This document shows, one piece after another, positions 27,736 through 32,000 of a stretch of DNA of 32,000 nucleotides. Each line of letters opens with the position of its first letter. The first letter of the stretch is position 1. Source of the stretch: Candidatus Baldrarchaeum yapensis. GTDB taxonomy: Archaea > Asgardarchaeota > Baldrarchaeia > Baldrarchaeales > Baldrarchaeaceae. The DNA lies in NCBI GenBank assembly GCA_016840465.1, contig JAEOSH010000009.1, forward strand, positions 20,695 to 52,694, given 5' to 3'. Under the pieces are notes generated by a model. The model was not told the DNA's origin. It ran no database searches and saw only the letters and a list, made by a program, of their open reading frames with translations. A program made the translations under genes and the position numbers.

Positions 27736-27804
27736 CACAAATATCGACAAGATGAGGGTTATGATTTTCTAGTGCCGGAGGTGTTTCCGGTGGGTGATGC
27801 CGTA

Positions 27805-28407
27805 ATGGGACAGAACGCTCCGGCGACCGGAGACGTTCTAAAGAGGATCTCTAGGAGATTAGGTATGAAGTCTGTCAGTCAGTCATTCGAAATCATGAAG
27901 AATCTTGCAGAAACGCGCAATGATGGTAAAATTATCGATAAATTTAGCGGAATGCGCATTTTCATCGTTCCACCAAAATTTATGTCCCACATTATATACG
28001 CGTTCATCGAACTACTTGGGGAACGCCTAGGAACGAGGATTGTGTACGAGGCGCACATAGAAACTGGGAAAAACATGGTTCGCATAGGAAAGAGGGCTTT
28101 CGGGCTCGAAGGCATCGAGGCATTTGAGTTTTACTTCTGGCTACTGTCCTCATGTGGATGGTGGAAAATCATTGACTTCAGTTTCGATACAGAGAGGTTA
28201 AATGGCTATGTGCGGATGGTGCCATTATATCCTGCGATACTTCCCCAGAACGCAAAAAGAACTATAGCATTTCATCAGGATGCTGCGGGAGAGATTGCAG
28301 GGGCAGCCGAAGAGTCCTTTAATGTCCCGTTTATCGTAAAGGAGACTAGATGCACCGCCTCCGGAGATGAGTTTTGCGAATTTGTAATCAGGAGGAAGAA
28401 TGAATGA
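27805..28407 (+). CDS. V4R-domain protein
   Basis: CGWWKI, GEIAGA, KETRCTASGDEFCEF. Start set at ATG 27805 (after GGTGAT); the ORF-track start 27634 lies inside the IS. Confidence 0.85.
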   Translation: MGQNAPATGDVLKRISRRLGMKSVSQSFEIMKNLAETRNDGKIIDKFSGMRIFIVPPKFMSHIIYAFIELLGERLGTRIVYEAHIETGKNMVRIGKRAFGLEGIEAFEFYFWLLSSCGWWKIIDFSFDTERLNGYVRMVPLYPAILPQNAKRTIAFHQDAAGEIAGAAEESFNVPFIVKETRCTASGDEFCEFVIRRKNE

Positions 28408-28922
28408 GTGAAAAGGGTCTCGATAAGAAGTTGTTGGAGAGAATAAAATCGCTAAAAATGGAGAAGAATGGAGAGATAATGCTTCAGGGCTTTGCAGGAA
28501 CTTTTGGAGTTAAGGATACTAACAGTATCAGGGATCTTCTCCTTTACGTGGCGGATAACTTCGGGTTTAAGGGGGCTGGGCCAATATTGTCAAGGGCGGG
28601 ATACATGTTTGCACGTGAGTTGTTAAACGAATTCAAGGAAAAGGGAGCAGATCTCATCAGAAAGTTTTTGGAGTTTCTAACGCTTAACGGCTTCGGAATA
28701 TTTGAGGAGAACGTTGATGAAACCGGCGGCGAGATTGTGCTGAAAAACAGCATATTTACGGAAAACTTTCAGAATATCGACGAGTGCATCGACCACTTCG
28801 TTGTTGGGATGCTAACAGCATTACTCGAGAGGGCATTTAATCGGAGATACATAGTACTGGAGACAGAATGTTCCGCAAAAGGCGACCCTTATTGCAAGTT
28901 TTCCGTAAAGCTGGCTCAATGA
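28404..28922 (+). CDS. V4R-domain protein, paralogue 2
   Basis: NGFGIF, CIDHFVVGMLTALL, LETECSAKGDPYCKF; ATGA overlap with the upstream V4R gene. Confidence 0.88.
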   Translation: MSEKGLDKKLLERIKSLKMEKNGEIMLQGFAGTFGVKDTNSIRDLLLYVADNFGFKGAGPILSRAGYMFARELLNEFKEKGADLIRKFLEFLTLNGFGIFEENVDETGGEIVLKNSIFTENFQNIDECIDHFVVGMLTALLERAFNRRYIVLETECSAKGDPYCKFSVKLAQ

Positions 28923-28925
28923 ACC

Positions 28926-28931
28926 AAAAAA
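28926..28931 (-). terminator. Oligo-T tract after the Rab-like gene
   Basis: T6 on the minus strand 15 nt after the stop codon, in the 24-bp gap between convergent genes. Confidence 0.35.
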
Positions 28932-28946
28932 TGTGAGCAAGGGTCT

Positions 28947-29474
28947 TTACGCCCGCGGACTCTTCAACATTTCTCTTGTTAATCTCTGAAATACCTCATG
29001 CACATTCTCTCCAGTTTTTGCCGAAGATTCTATGAATGCGTTGAACTTCAACTTCTCGGCGAGCGACTTCCCCATGTCGGTCGTTACCTTCCGCTCGTCC
29101 TTTAAATCTATCTTGTTTCCGACTAAAATACACGGTATGTTTCCGCAATGCTCCCGCACGTCCCCGCACCATTTTTCAACATTTTCGAAGGATCGCGGAT
29201 TTGTTATATCGTACATCACAATCGCGCCAGCTGCCCCCGTGTAGTAGTATCTTCGAATTCTTTCGAAGACTTGGTGGCCCGCTATATCCCATATTGCGAG
29301 TTTGACACGTAGTCCCTTAATCGTTATTACCTTTATTGCGATGTCCGACCCCAAAGACGGCTTATAGCTTACTGGGAATCGGTTCTCGGTATAGCGCATT
29401 ATTATGCTTGTCTTTCCGACCCTCTCATCGCCCACAACTATTACCTTAAATACGTACTCCTTCTCCTCACTCAC
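28947..29474 (-). CDS. Rab-like small GTPase (Ras superfamily, eukaryotic signature protein)
   Basis: FKVIVVGDERVGKTS (G1), PSLGSD (G2), KLAIWDIAGH (G3), YYTGA, VMYDIT, LVGNKID (G4), ESSAKTGENV (G5); no C-terminal Cys. Confidence 0.93.
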   Translation of the reverse strand: MSEEKEYVFKVIVVGDERVGKTSIIMRYTENRFPVSYKPSLGSDIAIKVITIKGLRVKLAIWDIAGHQVFERIRRYYYTGAAGAIVMYDITNPRSFENVEKWCGDVREHCGNIPCILVGNKIDLKDERKVTTDMGKSLAEKLKFNAFIESSAKTGENVHEVFQRLTREMLKSPRA

Positions 29475-30309
29475 CCAGCACTCCCTCCTTCATTTCCTTC
29501 AAACGGTCCTTTAGGGGCTGGGAGAGAGAGATTAGCTTCTCGACCAAGTACTCGAAGGACCTCGCATACATGGGATTTTCTGTCCATAGTCCTATGTCGT
29601 ACGTCAGTAGGGGGCTCCAACTACCGACTAACGTTACAAGGCATCGGGATCCGTCTGAGACATAGCATCCAAGCGGCATTTCTCCGAGATTCCAGTGGTA
29701 GACCTCTGCGACTTCTGCAACCCGCTTGACGAGATCGAGCACGTCCCTTGTGACCTTGAAGCATACTATTATCTCCACGTTCTCTCTCGCCTTTTGCTCG
29801 AGCATGTTCACGAGAAGGGGGCCCCTGTCGTGCATCACATCGGGTGTAATTATTGCTTGAATGCGATCACGGGCCTCCTCTATCAATTCACGCATCACCT
29901 TATCTATCCTGCTGTAACCACTGATCAGCCACGCGGCCTCGCTCAGATTCCTTCTGAGCGAAAATGCTTCCTCTAACTGCTTTTCAAATAGATTTTTGAC
30001 TTCTCTTACCTTCCTTATTGCCTCCTCATGTTCACGTTCCAGCGTTTCAAATATCTCACTTATTGGGAGAGCTAAATACTTGGACCCCCTCCCCGAGGCC
30101 TCCTTTATAACGAAACCTCTGCTCACAAGTTTGTTCAGGGTCTCATAAACATTAGGCCTAGGAACGCCTGATCTCCTCGATATTTCGGAAGCGTTTAGCG
30201 GTTTACCCGCTATTAGGAGTGTTAGCAACACTTTTGCCTCGTTCTGAGTGAGACCTAGACTCTCGAGTGCTTCCTGCAACTTTGTCAGTGACAATTCTGC
30301 CGCCCCCAT
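29467..30309 (-). CDS. TrmB-family transcriptional regulator
   Basis: LGLTQNEAKVLLTLL..ASEISRRSGVPRPNVYETLNKLVSRGFV wHTH, a coiled coil, and a C-terminal effector (PLD-like) domain. Confidence 0.9.
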   Translation of the reverse strand: MGAAELSLTKLQEALESLGLTQNEAKVLLTLLIAGKPLNASEISRRSGVPRPNVYETLNKLVSRGFVIKEASGRGSKYLALPISEIFETLEREHEEAIRKVREVKNLFEKQLEEAFSLRRNLSEAAWLISGYSRIDKVMRELIEEARDRIQAIITPDVMHDRGPLLVNMLEQKARENVEIIVCFKVTRDVLDLVKRVAEVAEVYHWNLGEMPLGCYVSDGSRCLVTLVGSWSPLLTYDIGLWTENPMYARSFEYLVEKLISLSQPLKDRLKEMKEGVLGE

Positions 30310-30323
30310 TCACCTGACACAAA

Positions 30324-30336
30324 TACTATAATAGTA
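30324..30336. promoter_or_regulatory. Candidate operator TACTAT-A-ATAGTA at the trmB-family transcription start
   Basis: Perfect 6-bp inverted repeat between TATA-like TTTAAATA (30343-30350, minus strand) and ATG 30309. Confidence 0.45.
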
Positions 30337-30494
30337 ATGGCTTATTTAAATTTGTAGTAGTATAAACTACATCAGAATTTACGTAGTAAAATCCTCTAAA
30401 AACAAATAATGGAGTAAGATTGTTGTTACTACAAGCTACAAGAAAAAAGTTATCATTTTGACAGATGAATGTAAAAAAGTAGCACCGGAAAAAT

Positions 30495-31586
30495 TCACCG
30501 GGTGACCTGCAAGCGTGAAATCAAATTGTATAGTTCCGCCGCCTCTCGGTTTCTTTCGAAGTATTCCCTTATTGGTTTAAGTAGTTCAATGACCGCCTCC
30601 GCGGTTGCCTTTTTAAGATCATAAGGATGAAGTTGCCCGCTTGTATACATTTCCTCAAGTTCCTTATAGCTGTGCACCTCCACATCGCCGCCGTATTTCG
30701 CGGGGCGTTCTATTTTGAGCGTGAAGTCCTCCTGCGCGAACAACAGATACTTATTTATCTCCATGATTGGGTTCAGTTGCGTTTCCCTTGCCGGGCAGTA
30801 CGCGTCCATAATCTTTTTCCTTATGACATCCGGAGGATCGTGCACAAATATGCAACTTTCTGGTATGCTTTTGCTCATTTTGAGATCGAGCAACCGCTCA
30901 TCGGTGATTTTAGCGGAATCCATCCTACGCGCACCTTTCAATCCCGTAAGTAATGGGGTATGAACGGCAACCGGCTTCTTTCTGCCAAGCTTTGGTGCCA
31001 ATTCTCGGCATAACACATGTATATTCCTCTGGTCCGTACCTCCGTACGCAACGTCGACATCAAGCAAAAATACGTCCGCCGCTTGCATGGGAGGATATAT
31101 CAGCATGCTGAACTTCATTGCCGCCTCTTCCTCTTTCCTTCCGAGTATTGTGAGGGTCCTCTTTATTCTGGCGAGGGTTGATAGTTTTGCAACCCTTATC
31201 ATTGTCTCTACGTACGTTGCCCCCATCTCGTTTATGAAGTCCGTGGCAAACAGGTATCGCACCTTCTCCCGACGAACGCCGAATGCGGTGAACACATGCT
31301 CCATGTACTTCGCGCATGCCTGTATGTTCTCGAGTTTTCCGCCGAGCTTCTCATTTGCGTATGCGTGGAGGTCGGCCCATAAGATTGTGAAATCGAAACC
31401 GGCCTTCACGAAGTCCCTTATCTTATTGATCGTGATGAGCCATCCTAGGTGCACAATTCCACTCGGCTCATAGCCTATATATCCCTTAGGACGCTCATTA
31501 GTTTCGAGAAGGTTCCTTAACTCCTCCTCGGTGAGAACCTCCGCTGTGTTTCTGGTGACAAGGTACATTCTTTCCTCCACGTCCAT
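30495..31586 (-). CDS. tyrS: Tyrosyl-tRNA synthetase, archaeal type
   Basis: YIGYEPSG.VHLGW (HIGH), ADLHA, YPPMQAAD, GGTDQRNIH, KMSKS, LHPYDLK. Start set at ATG 31586 after GAGGTG. Confidence 0.95.
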   Translation of the reverse strand: MDVEERMYLVTRNTAEVLTEEELRNLLETNERPKGYIGYEPSGIVHLGWLITINKIRDFVKAGFDFTILWADLHAYANEKLGGKLENIQACAKYMEHVFTAFGVRREKVRYLFATDFINEMGATYVETMIRVAKLSTLARIKRTLTILGRKEEEAAMKFSMLIYPPMQAADVFLLDVDVAYGGTDQRNIHVLCRELAPKLGRKKPVAVHTPLLTGLKGARRMDSAKITDERLLDLKMSKSIPESCIFVHDPPDVIRKKIMDAYCPARETQLNPIMEINKYLLFAQEDFTLKIERPAKYGGDVEVHSYKELEEMYTSGQLHPYDLKKATAEAVIELLKPIREYFERNREAAELYNLISRLQVTR

Positions 31587-32000
31587 TTTTCTGCACCTCA
31601 CTACGAATGATATGTAAGTACAGCAATGAGATTATCTGCACCGCTTGCATTCGATCTTTTCGCCATTACATTGTCAGCCATCGGCGTTTTATCATTTTGC
31701 ATTTAGTAAATACTCGATGTAATTTAATGGTTTTCTTTAGCTAGATGAATTTGGCAAAAATTCGTCTAGGATGGGCTTAAATTCCTTATGAATATGATGT
31801 ATGATGGACAATTTCTCCGATAAATTCACCAAGTGAATATATGATTGCCAATTCCGTCAGTTCGTTTGGCGTTACGTATTTATTGTTGCCATCTAGGGGG
31901 ACAAATTTAATTATTAATTATAGCTCAGCGAAAATTTCACTGCATTTAAAATTCTACTTAAATACCTTACCCACACCGGTTTATTCTTCAAAACAGACTA

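Noticed and set aside
27733-27745. Putative omegaRNA guide matches ACACAAATA near the trmB TSS (about 30317)
   Set aside because: Only 9 AT-rich nucleotides, expected by chance in 32 kb; the element end is not defined.
27634-27804. N-terminal extension of the V4R ORF in the ORF track (possible IS-host fusion)
   Set aside because: It is the tnpB 3' end/hairpin region read in an open frame; a good RBS and ATG lie at 27793-27807.
541-31473. Numerous antisense or alternate-frame ORFs in the track (e.g. 541-1167, 2570-3094, 4809-5330, 13477-13920, 15335-15943, 24190-24642, 27045-27548)
   Set aside because: They are shadows of well-supported genes on the opposite strand or frame, with no motifs or RBS.
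31590-32000. AT-rich stretch as a replication origin
   Set aside because: No recognisable ORB repeats and no cdc6/orc1 gene in view; it is more likely an intergenic promoter region.
1-32000. tRNA, rRNA, CRISPR array, integrase or defence genes
   Set aside because: No cloverleaf/T-loop signatures, regularly spaced repeats or recognisable motifs were found by eye; a tRNAscan-SE/Infernal run would be needed to exclude small RNAs fully.

Overview
Archaeal chromosomal segment, most likely from an Asgard archaeon. This is inferred from a Rab-like small GTPase, a decayed longin-type gene and V4R proteins; the E/K/R/I/V-rich proteins suggest a thermophile. Left to right: Mo/W-cofactor genes (two moeA paralogues, moaB); a KaiC/RAD55 ATPase divergent from a six-gene operon (three unknown membrane proteins, an FGGY kinase, an alkyl-DHAP-synthase-like FAD enzyme, an HdrD/GlpC-like Fe-S protein); small housekeeping genes (DUF59, AEC transporter, PHP hydrolase, ferredoxin, Cys-less OsmC-fold protein); two convergent pseudogenes missed by the ORF track; and two PhoU/TrkA-C paralogues. 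Then comes a 10-kb, ten-gene heterodisulfide-reductase supercluster (2x hdrC, 2x hdrB, three architecturally different hdrA, two MvhD modules, an FwdF-like polyferredoxin and an internally duplicated ferredoxin) with no hydrogenase or formate dehydrogenase catalytic subunit. It is followed by a decayed IS607-like element (HTH-only ORF, tnpB pseudogene, intact 3' hairpins), two V4R genes, a translationally coupled trmB-family/Rab-like GTPase pair, and tyrS. No rRNA, tRNA or CRISPR array was seen. All family assignments come from motif recognition by eye, not from database searches.
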